Below are positions 37,646 to 47,900 of a stretch of DNA of 64,000 nucleotides, one piece after another. The DNA lies in assembly GCA_963777045.1 (NCBI GenBank), contig CAVZPD010000022.1, positions 79,591 through 143,590 of the forward strand, read 5' to 3'. A model generated the notes under the pieces. The model saw only the letters and a program-made list of their open reading frames with translations, searched no databases and had not been told where the DNA came from. The stretch comes from an uncultured Chloroflexia bacterium. GTDB taxonomy: Bacteria > Chloroflexota > Limnocylindria > QHBO01. Numbering within the stretch: the first letter of the stretch is position 1; the number at the start of each line of letters is the position of its first letter. The translations under genes and the position numbers were made by a program.

Positions 37646-39950
37646 TGCCCTGCGGCCCTACCTCCGGCCACGCGAGGGATGGCTCTCGCTGGGCCTCCTC
37701 ATGGTGATGCTCCTCTGCCTCGGCTGGTCTGTGCAGCGAGCGGGCTGGATCCCCGAGCTCGAATTCCTGATCCCCGTTGCCTTCTACGCCGTGGTGCTGG
37801 GGGCCATCCTCGGCCTGACCAGGCTCTCCGTGGTCGGGGTCCTCCCCATCAGCGCATTCGCCGGGACCGCGATCGTCCTGTGGGCGGTCGGCGGCGAGTA
37901 CTTCCCGGAGCTGGGCCAGCTGGGCAGGCAGCTCGCGCTGCGCTCAGAGGTGATCGAGTGGGTGCGGATCATCATCGATCGCGGGTACGGCCCCCAGCTG
38001 GTCCCGTACGCCATCGGTCTCGGCGGCATCATGTGGGTCACGGCCTTCATCGCCGGCTACACCATCTACCGTCACCACCGGGTCCTCGACGCCATCCTGC
38101 TGGTGGGCGCCGCCCTGATCGCCAACATGTCGGCGACTTTCACGGACCTCTTCTTCTACCTCGTGCTGTTCATGCTCGCCGCGCTGCTGCTGTGGCTGCG
38201 CGCCGCGCTCATCGGTCGCGAGGAGGGCTGGCAACGGCGCCGCGTCAACGAGAACGCGGAGGTGCCCGCGGCCGTCATGCGCTCCGGCGTGCTCTTCATC
38301 GCGGGGAGCATGGTGCTCGCCTGGGTGCTGACCAGCGTCGCGGTGGCTGCGCCCCTGACCGCGGTCTGGAACAACCTGGACGGCGTGTGGAGCGACGTTC
38401 GCGACCGACTCGACGGCCTGGTGGGCGGCCTGGCGAACCCCGATGCGCGGATCAGCGGCGCAACGTTCGGTCCGGGCTTTCGCATCAGCGGCAGCTGGGT
38501 GAGCAGCGATACGCCGGTGCTGACGATCGCCTCGTCGCGGGCCTACTACCTGCGCACGGCAACCTACGAGACCTACACCGGTCACGGCTTCGTACGTGGC
38601 TCGACGCAGGAGCGTCGCGTCGACGGCGGCCAGCTCGTCTTCCCCGACTACTCCCCGGAGCAGCCGGAGAAGCTGGATGCCTTCGACCTGGTGACGGTCA
38701 ACATCCAGTACCAGAAGAGCCAGGCCGCCATCTTCACGCCTGGCTATCCGACGACCATCCTGGCGCCGGCCATCGTGCTGGAGACGGGTGGCGCTCCGGT
38801 GCTGGGCGGCATCGAGTCACCGAACTCCATCTCCTCCGGCGAGGGCTACTACGTGGTGGCGCTGGTCAGCAAGGCCACGCAGGCGCAGCTGGATGCCGCC
38901 GGCACCGACTACCCCGCGGTGATCAGCGAGAACTACCTGGGGACCGAGGGCGTCACCGAGCGCACGCGGGATGAGGCCCGGCGCATCGTGACCGAAGCCG
39001 GCGCCAGCACCCCGTTCCAGATGGCCCAGGCGCTGGCTCGCTACCTGAACACTGGTGAGCGCTTCCGGTACTCAACGAGCGCGCCCCTGCCGGCGACCGC
39101 CGACCAGGACATCGTCGACTTCTTCCTCTTCGACCCGAACGGGCAGATCGGCTACTGCGAGTACTACGCGACCACCATGGCCGTCCTGGCCCGGACGCTC
39201 GGCATGCCGTCGCGCGTGGCGGTCGGCTATGCGCCGGGCTCCCCGGTCACCACGCAGGGCGGCACCGGCGACCGCATCTACCAGGTCCGCGAGGAGAACG
39301 CGCACGCGTGGGCTGAGATCTACTTCCCGGGCTACGGTTGGGAGCGCTTCGAGGCCACCAAAACGATCACGCCCGTGGTCCGGCCGCGCGGCGAGCCGGT
39401 CGAGCCTGCCCCGTCCGGCAGCGGCGGGCCTGTCCCCGGCCAGAGTCTCTCACCAGACGACCGCGGCAACATCAGCACGCTGCCGTCGGTACAGCCCGTA
39501 CCCGGCGGCTTCGGCCCGGACGATGAGGGACCGGCCATCGAGACCCGTGGCGTGAACCTGCTCCTCATCGCGACGATCCTCGTCGGTGCAGGCGTGCTCG
39601 CGTTCTGGCGGCTGCGCCGCTCGCGTCGTCGCATGCGCTTCCTGGCGCCCGGAGAACGCCAGTGGTTCCGGCTGGCGCTGGCGGCGGACCGCGCCGGCGT
39701 GGCCCAGCGTCCCAGCGAGACGATCTACGAGTACGCCGGGTGGCTGGAAGAGCAGATTCCGCGCCATAGGCCGGAGATCCGCGCCATCGCCGACGGCAAG
39801 GTCTGGGAGAGCTACTCCGGTCGCGGCGTCTCGGGTGAGGCGCTGGCTCGAATCGAGGCGGCGTGGCGGCGACTGCAGCTGCCCATGGTCTGGCTCGGCT
39901 TCCGCAGGCGGCTCTCCTCGCTGCTGCCGCGGCTGAGGCGTCGCGGCTGA
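37593..39950 (+). CDS. transglutaminase-like domain membrane protein (TgpA-like)
   Basis: An N-terminal multi-TM region is followed by the transglutaminase core with a Cys-His-Asp context (GQIGYCEYYATTMAVLARTLG...ENAHAWAEIYFPGYGWERFE) and a C-terminal TM segment. A GTG at 37638 (8-nt overlap with the DUF58 stop) is the likelier start. Confidence 0.8.
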   Translation: MATTLVRPWASGSVSVPDALRPYLRPREGWLSLGLLMVMLLCLGWSVQRAGWIPELEFLIPVAFYAVVLGAILGLTRLSVVGVLPISAFAGTAIVLWAVGGEYFPELGQLGRQLALRSEVIEWVRIIIDRGYGPQLVPYAIGLGGIMWVTAFIAGYTIYRHHRVLDAILLVGAALIANMSATFTDLFFYLVLFMLAALLLWLRAALIGREEGWQRRRVNENAEVPAAVMRSGVLFIAGSMVLAWVLTSVAVAAPLTAVWNNLDGVWSDVRDRLDGLVGGLANPDARISGATFGPGFRISGSWVSSDTPVLTIASSRAYYLRTATYETYTGHGFVRGSTQERRVDGGQLVFPDYSPEQPEKLDAFDLVTVNIQYQKSQAAIFTPGYPTTILAPAIVLETGGAPVLGGIESPNSISSGEGYYVVALVSKATQAQLDAAGTDYPAVISENYLGTEGVTERTRDEARRIVTEAGASTPFQMAQALARYLNTGERFRYSTSAPLPATADQDIVDFFLFDPNGQIGYCEYYATTMAVLARTLGMPSRVAVGYAPGSPVTTQGGTGDRIYQVREENAHAWAEIYFPGYGWERFEATKTITPVVRPRGEPVEPAPSGSGGPVPGQSLSPDDRGNISTLPSVQPVPGGFGPDDEGPAIETRGVNLLLIATILVGAGVLAFWRLRRSRRRMRFLAPGERQWFRLALAADRAGVAQRPSETIYEYAGWLEEQIPRHRPEIRAIADGKVWESYSGRGVSGEALARIEAAWRRLQLPMVWLGFRRRLSSLLPRLRRRG

Positions 39951-39955
39951 TTGCT

Positions 39956-40633
39956 TCAGAGCGCCAGCGGCTCTCCGTCCGACTCGTCGACGTGCTGCGG
40001 CGTCCGTCCCAGCAGGTGTCCGGTGTCATTCCAGCGCTCGACCCGCCAGCCCCCGAAGTTCGGAAGGCGACACAGGACCGATAGCGAGGCGTTGTCGACG
40101 TCCATCGCCCACGCGCGCCGGCCCTCCAGGCCGAGCAAGTGCCGGGCGAAGAGGCGCAGGATTCCACCGTGGCTCACCAGGCAGAGCGGCAGCGAGCTCT
40201 CGGTGAGGAGATCGTCGACGGCCGCCACCACGCGTGCCAGTGCCGCGTCGATCGTCTCTGCTCCCGGCGGTTGATCCATGCCGGCCCTCGCACGCCAGGC
40301 TGCATAGCGAGCGGCATCCTCGACCGCCAGCTCCGCGTGCGTGCGCCCCTCCCACTCGCCCTGCCCGATCTCCATCAGGCGCGCGTCGAGACGGACCGCC
40401 GGTCGCCGCGAAGGCGGGAACGCCTCGGCGACGAGTGAGGCGGTTTCGGCCGCCCGCGACAACGGCGACGCCACGATGGCCAGCTCGTCGACCTCGTCCA
40501 GCATGCGTCGAGCGAGCAGCTGCGCTTCGAGCCGTCCGTCTTCGGACAGTCGTGCATCGAGATGCCCCTGGAAGCGCCCCTGACGGTTCCAGTGGGTCAC
40601 GCCATGCCGGACGAGCAGGAGGCGATCGGTCAA
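39956..40633 (-). CDS. histidine phosphatase family protein (phosphoglycerate-mutase-like)
   Basis: The track ORF 39956..41461 is largely an Arg-rich extension. The catalytic core begins LLLVRHGVTHWN (RHG motif) and includes SHGGILR. A TTG at 40631-40633 overlaps the upstream aminotransferase stop (TTGA). Confidence 0.7.
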   Translation of the reverse strand: MTDRLLLVRHGVTHWNRQGRFQGHLDARLSEDGRLEAQLLARRMLDEVDELAIVASPLSRAAETASLVAEAFPPSRRPAVRLDARLMEIGQGEWEGRTHAELAVEDAARYAAWRARAGMDQPPGAETIDAALARVVAAVDDLLTESSLPLCLVSHGGILRLFARHLLGLEGRRAWAMDVDNASLSVLCRLPNFGGWRVERWNDTGHLLGRTPQHVDESDGEPLAL

Positions 40634-41796
40634 CGCGCCGCGACTGTCCGTCCGGCCGCCGCCAGCGTCGCCTCGACGGCCGCGGCCGGATCGACCCCGC
40701 AGCCGCTCTCCACCATCGTCTCGGCCATGACCCGGACGGCTTCGGCGAGCTCGCCGCTCTCCACCATCCCCATGTGGCCGAGGCGCAGGACGCGTCCCGC
40801 CAGCTTGCCCTGTCCGCCAGCCACCACCAGTCCGCGCGCGCGCATCCGGGCGTTGAACGTCGCCCAGTCGAGGCCGTCCGGCAGCCAGGCCGCCGTGACG
40901 GTGGCGGAGCGGCGGCCTGGCGCGGCCAGCAGGGAAAGATCCAGCGCTTCGAGGCCGGACCGGGCGCCCGCCGCCACTGAGGCGTGCCGCGCCCAGGTGT
41001 GCTCGCGTCCCTCGGCCTGCAGCCGCCTGACGCCCTCGCGGAGGCCGAAGAGGACCGCCACCGCCGGTGTCCACGGCGTCTGGCCCTTCGCCGCCCAGCG
41101 GCGTGCCTCGGCGAAGTCCCAGTAGAAGCGGGGCATGCGCGCCTCGGCGCCGGCCGCCTCCGCCCGCTCGCTCAGAGCCGCGAGCGCGATGCCCGGCGAG
41201 GCCATCCAGGCCTTCTGGCTGGCACTGACCACCACGTCCACGCCCCACGCATCCATCTCGAACGGCATGGCCCCCAGTCCGCTGATGCCGTCCACCAGGG
41301 TGAGCGGCTGCCCGGGCGCGGCATGCACCACCTCCAGCAGCTCGCGCAGCGGGTTCGTGACACCGGTCGACGTCTCGTTGTGGGTGAGGAGAACGGCTCG
41401 ATACGGCTCGGCCTCCGCGAGGCGTGCGCGGAGCTGCGCGGGGTCCGCCGCCTGGCCCCACTCGACCTCGAGGCGGTCAACGTCGGCGCCGAAGGCGGAT
41501 GCGATGGCCGCGAACCGGTCGCCGAAGGAGCCGATGCTGACCGCCAGCACCCGGTCGCCCGGCGAGAGCGTGTTGACCACGGCCGCCTCCATGGCACCGC
41601 TTCCCGACCCGGTCAGCACCAGGACCTCGCGCGACGTGCCGATCAGGGCGGCGATGCCCGAGCTGACCTCGCGCAGCATCTCGGCGAACTCGGTGCCACG
41701 GTGGTCGACCATCGGTGCCGACTGCGCCGCGCGCACATCGTCGGGGATGGGCGTGGGACCGGGGATGCGCAGGTTCTGGTGCATGGCGGGCATCAT
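40630..41796 (-). CDS. class V aminotransferase (serine--glyoxylate / alanine--glyoxylate aminotransferase-like), PLP-dependent
   Basis: N-terminal LRIPGPTPIPDDV, the PLP lysine in SASQKAWM, and fold-type I conservation. The start is M38 of the track ORF (MMPAM...); ATGs at 41793 or 41784 are also possible. Confidence 0.8.
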   Translation of the reverse strand: MMPAMHQNLRIPGPTPIPDDVRAAQSAPMVDHRGTEFAEMLREVSSGIAALIGTSREVLVLTGSGSGAMEAAVVNTLSPGDRVLAVSIGSFGDRFAAIASAFGADVDRLEVEWGQAADPAQLRARLAEAEPYRAVLLTHNETSTGVTNPLRELLEVVHAAPGQPLTLVDGISGLGAMPFEMDAWGVDVVVSASQKAWMASPGIALAALSERAEAAGAEARMPRFYWDFAEARRWAAKGQTPWTPAVAVLFGLREGVRRLQAEGREHTWARHASVAAGARSGLEALDLSLLAAPGRRSATVTAAWLPDGLDWATFNARMRARGLVVAGGQGKLAGRVLRLGHMGMVESGELAEAVRVMAETMVESGCGVDPAAAVEATLAAAGRTVAAR

Positions 41797-41810
41797 AATC
41801 GGCCAATGGG

Positions 41811-43163
41811 ATGGACCGAATGCCACGCAAGCCACCGAACCTGACTGAGCCGCTCTTCGACCGGCAGCCAGCGGCCGACGCGCCGCTGGCCGCTCGCATG
41901 CGCCCATCGACGCTCGAGGCGTTCGCGGGCCAGCGGCACCTCGTCGGCGAGGAGGGTGCGCTGAGCCGCGTGGTGCGTCCCGGCTACCTGCCGAGCATGG
42001 TCCTGTGGGGGCCGCCGGGATCGGGGAAGACCACGCTGGCCCGGCTGCTCGCGGAGCGCGCCGGAGGGACGTGGCGGCCGCTCTCCGCTGTCAGCAGTGG
42101 CGTCGCCGACGTTCGCCAGCTCGTCGCCGATGCGCGCGCCCTGCGAGAGGCGGGCGGCAGGACGGTCGCCTTCATCGACGAGCTGCATCGGTTCAACAAG
42201 GCCCAGCAGGATGCGCTGCTGCCGCACGTCGAGGACGGGACCATCACGCTCATCGGCGCCACCACCGAGAACCCGTACTACGAGATCAACTCGCCGCTCC
42301 TGTCGCGGCTGCGCGTCTACCGCCTCGAGCCGCTCTCGGAGGAGGAGCTGCGGTCGATCGTGGAGCGTGCGCTCGCCGACGAACGCGGCCTGGCCGGTCG
42401 AGTGACGCTCAGCGAGGCGGCGGAGAGCTCGCTGCTCGACCTCTCGGGCGGCGATGCGCGGCAGGCCCTCAACATCCTGGAGGCGGCGGCCTCGGTGGCG
42501 GACGAGGGGGCATCGCTGGCGCCGGAGGCGATCGCCGAGGCGGCACAGCAGCGGCTGCTGGCCTACGACCGGGTGGGCGACCAGCACTACGAGGCGGCGT
42601 CGGCCTTCATCAAGAGCATGCGCGGCAACGACCCGGACGCCGCGCTCTACTGGTGCGCCAGCATGGTGGCGGCGGGTGAGGATCCGACCTTCATCGCGCG
42701 ACGCATCGTGATCGCGGCGAGCGAGGACGTCGGCAACGCCGATCCGCGTGCGTTGCAGGTCGCCGTGGCGGCCATGCAGGCGGTGGAGATGATCGGGTTG
42801 CCGGAGGCGCAGTACGCGCTGGCGCAGGCGGCGGCCTACGTCGCATCGGCCCCCAAGTCGAACCGCGCCGGATCAGGCTACTTCGCAGCCCTCGCCGACG
42901 TGGAGGAGCATGGCCGGCTGCCGGTGCCGCTGCACCTGCGACCATCGGCCCACCGGAGGCTGTCGCGCGAGCACGGCTACGGCAAGGGCTACCTGTACCC
43001 GCACGACCACGCCAATGCCGATGTCGACCAGCAGTACCTGCCGGACGCGCTGGCGGGGAAGGTCTACTACGAGCCGTCCGACCAGGGGCTCGAGGGGCAG
43101 ATCGGGGATCGCCTGCAGCGCCTGCGGCGCGCCAGGCTCGAGGCGAAGCGCTCCCGCGGTTAG
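41811..43163 (+). CDS. rarA: replication-associated recombination protein A (RarA/MgsA AAA+ ATPase)
   Basis: LFDRQP...PLAARMRPSTLEAFAGQRHLVG, Walker A LWGPPGSGKTTLARLLA, Walker B FIDELHRFNKAQQDALLP and the C-terminal MgsA domain are present. Confidence 0.88.
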   Translation: MDRMPRKPPNLTEPLFDRQPAADAPLAARMRPSTLEAFAGQRHLVGEEGALSRVVRPGYLPSMVLWGPPGSGKTTLARLLAERAGGTWRPLSAVSSGVADVRQLVADARALREAGGRTVAFIDELHRFNKAQQDALLPHVEDGTITLIGATTENPYYEINSPLLSRLRVYRLEPLSEEELRSIVERALADERGLAGRVTLSEAAESSLLDLSGGDARQALNILEAAASVADEGASLAPEAIAEAAQQRLLAYDRVGDQHYEAASAFIKSMRGNDPDAALYWCASMVAAGEDPTFIARRIVIAASEDVGNADPRALQVAVAAMQAVEMIGLPEAQYALAQAAAYVASAPKSNRAGSGYFAALADVEEHGRLPVPLHLRPSAHRRLSREHGYGKGYLYPHDHANADVDQQYLPDALAGKVYYEPSDQGLEGQIGDRLQRLRRARLEAKRSRG

Positions 43164-43176
43164 GTGTCCGGGGGCG

Positions 43177-43620
43177 CTAGGCGCCGATGCCCAGCAGGTT
43201 GACGACGACGGCCGAGATGGCGAGCAGGACGACCATCACCACCAGCAGGACGCCGATGTTGCGCAGGTCACGCCCGACGTAGTGGTACTCGCTGGCCGCG
43301 CGTTCGCTGAGCCGCGACGATCCGCCGGCCAGGTTGAAATCGCTGGTGCGCGCGCGGACGCTCCGATTCGGGGCCGAACGGCGCGCGTCGGCTCGAGTCC
43401 CGGGTGGGGGCGTGGTGGCCCGGAGCTCGGCGTCTGCCGTCTCGAACGCGTCGACGCGCCCGCCGGTTGCCTCGGCCGGCCGGTCCTCCCCGGTTTCGGC
43501 GCCTTCCGGCGCCTGGGCGGGTTGAGCCGGGGCTGACTGCGTCGGCTTCGCCGGGCTGCGCTGTGCGCGACGCTGCTGTCGTGAACGGCGGGTTGCCGCC
43601 TTGCCTCCTCGTCGGGCCAT
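43177..43620 (-). CDS. hypothetical small protein, basic N-terminal region + single C-terminal TM helix
   Basis: 147 aa. The C-terminus is YHYVGRDLRNIGVLLVVMVVLLAISAVVVNLLGIGA. No family assigned. Confidence 0.4.
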   Translation of the reverse strand: MARRGGKAATRRSRQQRRAQRSPAKPTQSAPAQPAQAPEGAETGEDRPAEATGGRVDAFETADAELRATTPPPGTRADARRSAPNRSVRARTSDFNLAGGSSRLSERAASEYHYVGRDLRNIGVLLVVMVVLLAISAVVVNLLGIGA

Positions 43621-43759
43621 GGAATCCTCGTGATGTGTTGCCGCACGCGAACGCGCCGGGGTGGCCGCGTGGGGACGCTATGATACCAGCCGGCCTGGGT
43701 TTGGCCGCAGCGGCGCCCGGGATCCCGATTCTTGCCGCCCGCATCCGGAGCGCCCGCCG

Positions 43760-44281
43760 ATGGATGAGCTCAACCGTCTCGTCGCCGACAATCTTGCCGC
43801 AGTGACCATCGCCTTCGGCGTCGTGCTGCTGCTGCTCCTGCTGCTGCTCGTCGTCCTCTCGCTGCGGTTGAGCGCCACCAGGCGCGCCTACCGCGAGCTC
43901 GTCGGCAACGGCGATCCCGGCTCCCTCCAGGAGCTGATCGAGTCGCAGTTCGGGCGGGTCGACGAGGTTGCGCACCGCCTCGGCCAGATGGACGCCGTGC
44001 ATGCCTCGCTCGAGCGTCGTACCCAGAACAGCATCCAGCACATCGGCCTCGTCAGGTTCAACCCCTTCGAGGACACCGGGTCGGACCAGAGCTTCGCCAT
44101 CGCCCTGCTCGACGGGGAGCGCGACGGCGTGGTCGTCTCGAGCCTGCACGGCCGGGCAAACACCCGGGTCTTCGCGAAGCCGGTGCAGCACGCCGCCTCG
44201 AGCCATCAGCTCTCCGACGAGGAGGAGCGGGCGATCCGCATCGCTCTCGCCGGCACCGGCCAGGAGCCACGCGACGCCTGA
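43760..44281 (+). CDS. DUF4446-like protein (N-terminal TM helix)
   Basis: M34 of the track ORF (MDELNRLVADN...). A TM helix (LLLLLLLLVVLSL) is followed by a conserved FNPFEDTGSDQSFAIALLDGERDGVVVSSLHGR block resembling DUF4446. Confidence 0.5.
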   Translation: MDELNRLVADNLAAVTIAFGVVLLLLLLLLVVLSLRLSATRRAYRELVGNGDPGSLQELIESQFGRVDEVAHRLGQMDAVHASLERRTQNSIQHIGLVRFNPFEDTGSDQSFAIALLDGERDGVVVSSLHGRANTRVFAKPVQHAASSHQLSDEEERAIRIALAGTGQEPRDA

Positions 44282-44357
44282 GGAGCGGGGCCCGGCGAAC
44301 GGCGAGCTGCGCCACGAGCGTCAACGCCACCTTGCTGAACAGCGGCTGCTGACCGCA

Positions 44358-44936
44358 TTGCACCGCGCCCACCGCCGCGAACCCCTGCGTCCCGACTTCC
44401 GGGTCGACTCGCTGATCGAGGCCGCCAGGGCCGTCCCCGCCGGCCGCTCTCCGAGGCACCGTGGAGCGGAACGCCTGCTGCTCGACGACCGCCAGATGCT
44501 GGAGGTGGTCGAGGCGTTGGCGAGGGCCGGGCGTGTCGTCCAGGAGGGACGCCGCATCCGGCTGGCCGAGCGCGCGCCGTCGCTCGACGGCGAGATGCGG
44601 GAGCGGGTGGATCGGCTGGTGGTGGGGCTGACGGCGGCGCGCGCCGAGCCGCCACGGGTCGATTCGCTTGCCGCCCGGCTGGGCATCCCGCCGCCGGTCA
44701 TCGACCAGCTGCGGACGGCTGGGGAGCTGCTGCAGGCCGCGCCGGGGATCGACTATCCCCGCGAGTCGTGGGAAGCGCTGCGGGCACGCCTGGAGCGGGT
44801 GTCGGCGACCGGTCCGCTGACCGTGGCCCGCGTGCGCGACGCGCTGCATACCAGCCGGCGCCATGCGGAGGCGCTGCTCTCCCTGCGCCGGGCCGAGGCG
44901 GATCGGGCCAAGAAGTCTCGTCGCCGAGGCGGCTGA
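44358..44936 (+). CDS. hypothetical protein with tandem winged-helix-like segments (start uncertain)
   Basis: This is the C-terminal part of track ORF 43968..44936. The Arg/Leu-rich helical repeats (MLEVVEALARAGRVVQEGRRIRL...LTVARVRDALHTSRRHAEALL) resemble the winged-helix modules of SelB/transcription-factor C-termini. The only in-frame ATG after the DUF4446 stop is at 44495, and the TTG at 44358 is a guess. Confidence 0.3.
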   Translation: MHRAHRREPLRPDFRVDSLIEAARAVPAGRSPRHRGAERLLLDDRQMLEVVEALARAGRVVQEGRRIRLAERAPSLDGEMRERVDRLVVGLTAARAEPPRVDSLAARLGIPPPVIDQLRTAGELLQAAPGIDYPRESWEALRARLERVSATGPLTVARVRDALHTSRRHAEALLSLRRAEADRAKKSRRRGG

Positions 44937-44991
44937 GCTGCATCGCTGGCGCGACAGCCGAGCTGTCCGATAAGCGTGTGATAACGGTCCG

Positions 44992-47900
44992 GTGAATGCC
45001 TCCTGGGCTACCATCGAGGACGTGCCAGCCGTGGTGCCGTCACCGGACCAGCTCCCGATCTTCGAGGAGCTGTCCGCCCCACCGCCGAAACGGCGCGCCG
45101 GCCACCTCCGGATCCAGCCACCGCTGCTCGCCGACCTGACGTCCCGCCAGCGGAAGGCGGTCACCCACGGCGAGGGGCCGCTGCTCATCGTCGCCGGCGC
45201 CGGTACCGGCAAGACCACCGTCATCAGCAGGCGCATCGCCTGGCTGATCGCCGAGAAGAAGGCTCGCCCGTCGGAGATCCTGGCGCTCACCTTCACGGAT
45301 CGAGCGGCCCTCGAGATGACCGAGCGCGTGGATCGCCTGGTGCCGTATGGCTACACCGATACGGTCATCAGCACCTTCCACGCCTTCGGTGATCGGCTCC
45401 TCCGCGAGCACGCGCTGGAGGCCGGCCTCTCTGATCGGTCGACCGTTCTTTCGCGCGCCGAGCAGGTGATCTTCCTGCGCGAGCACCTCTTCGACCTGCC
45501 GCTGCAGCGGTTCAGGCCGCTCGGCGATCCGACCCGCTTCCTGCATGCGCTGGTGACGCTCATCAGCCGCGCCAGGGACGAAGACGTCTCACCCGGTGAG
45601 TACCGCGCGGCCGTGGCGCAACTCGTGGCTCGCTCCGCCGCGGAACCGGACGATGCGGCACTCGCCGAGGAGGCGGCGCGACAGATCGAGCTCGCCGGGC
45701 TGTACGAGGCGTACGAGGGGCTGATGCGTTCGCGCGATCGCCTCGACTTCGGCGACCAGGTCAGCCTGGCGCTGCGGCTGCTCCGCGAGCACCCCGCCGT
45801 CCTGGAGCAGGAACGGAAGCGCTTCCGCTACATCCTGGTCGACGAGTTCCAGGACACGAACCACGCCCAGTTCGAGCTGGTGAAGCTGCTGGCCGGCTCC
45901 CCGCGGGCCAGCGTGACGGTGGTCGGGGATGACGACCAGAGCATCTACCGCTTCCGGGGCGCGGCCCTCTCGAACATCCTGGGATTCCGCGCTGCCTATC
46001 CTCGCAGCGCGAGCGTGGTCCTCAACGACAACTTCCGCAGTCGTCAGCCCATCCTCGATGCCGCCTATCGCCTGATCCGCCACAACGACCCCGATCGGCT
46101 CGAGGCGCGAGAAGGCCTCGACAAGCGCCTGGCCGCCCGGGCCGCCTTCTCGCGTCCGGCACGCGCCCATGGCCCGATCGAGATGCTCGCGTTTGGTACC
46201 GGGTCGGATGAGGCGGACGCGACCGCCGAGCGGATATCCGCCGCCGTGCGAGAGGGCAGACCTGCGGGGGACCACGCCATCTTGGTGCGGACCAACCGCG
46301 ACGCCGAGCCGATCCTGCGGTCGCTCAACATGGTGGGCCTCCCGTGGCGGTTCTCAGGCACTGCCGGCCTCTACCGGCAGCCCGAGGTCAGGCTGCTGGT
46401 GAGCTTCCTGCGGGCGGTCAACGACGCGCAGGACTCGGTCAGCTGCTACGACCTCGCCACCTGCGAGATCTTCGGCCTGGACGCGGCGGACGTCACCGCG
46501 GCCCTGAATGCGGCGACCCGCCGCCGCACCAGCCTGGAAACGGCCCTGCGCAGCGTGGTCGACCGGGGAGACGGCGCGGCGTTCGGTGAGCGCCCGGTCC
46601 AGGTCGTGCGGAAGCTTCTCGAGACCATCGACAGTCATCGCGCAATGAGCGCGGATCGAACCACCGGCGAGGTGCTCTACCACTTCGTCTCGTCGAGTGG
46701 GTGGCTGGGACGGCTGGCGCGCGAGGCAAGGGAGGCTGGCGAGGAGCGGCTGGCGAACGTGGCTCGGTTCTTCGAGATCGTGCGCCGCCAATCGGCCCTC
46801 CTGCGCGACGACCGGCTGCCGTTCCTGGTCGCGCAGCTCGACACCCTGATCGAGGTCGGGGACGACCCGTCGACCGCGGAGGTCGAGCCGGACGAGGGCG
46901 ATGCCGTTCACGTGCTCACCTACCACAAGGCGAAGGGCCTGGAGTTTCCGGTGGTCTTCATGGTCGGACTGGTGGACGACCGCTTCCCCACGCGCAGCCG
47001 CGGCGACCAGCTGCCGCTCCCCGAGGCGCTGGTCCGCGACTCACTGCCCGCCGGCGACCACCACGAGGCGGAGGAGCGGCGGCTCTTCTACGTTGGCATG
47101 ACGCGGGCACGCGAGGAGCTCGTGATGAGCTGGGCGCGAGACTACGGCGGCCGCCAGGCGCGGCGCATGAGCCCCTTCGTCCAGGAGGCGCTCGACCTTG
47201 CCCCCGCGACGCCATCCGAGTCGCTGCGTCCATCCATCGAGCAGCGGCTGGCGCGCCACGACCGTCGGGCGGCGGCCAGCCGCCCGGAGCGGGCAACGCC
47301 GAGGTTGGGCGAGAAGCAGCTGAACCTCAGCTACGGGCAGGTCAGCGACTACCTCGACTGCCCGGCCCGCTACCGCTACGCGCACCTCATCCGCATCCCG
47401 ACGCCGGCGTCGCATCAGATGGCCTACGGAAGGGCGCTGCATGCCGCCGTGCAGGCGTTCCACCGCCGCCAGATGGCCGGCGGCAGCATGAGCCGTGCGG
47501 AGCTGCGCGCGGAGCTGGACGCAACGTGGGAATCGGTCGGTTTCCTGACACGGGAGCACGAGGAGGCCCGGCTGCGCGCGGCGCGGGAGGTCCTGGATCG
47601 CTTCTGGGACGAGCAGCAGCGGGACCCCGCGCGGCCGACGGCCATCGAGCAGGACTTCGCGGCCGTGCTCGGGCGAGATCGCGTGCGCGGGCGCTACGAC
47701 AGGGTCGATCGCGAGGACGACGGCCGGGTAACGATCACCGACTACAAGTCCTCCGACGTCCGGGATCCCGCGACCGCCAACCGACGCGCGAGGGAGTCGC
47801 TGCAGCTCTCCATCTACGCCCTCGCCTACGAGTCCCAGCACGGCAAGCCGCCGGACGAGCTCGCCCTGCACTTCCTGGAGTCCGGCATCGTTGGTCGGGT

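Noticed and set aside
39956-41461. 501-aa minus-strand ORF
   Set aside because: A composite: the 3' 225 aa are a histidine phosphatase, and the 5' part is an Arg-rich out-of-frame overlap of the aminotransferase gene (40630..41796).
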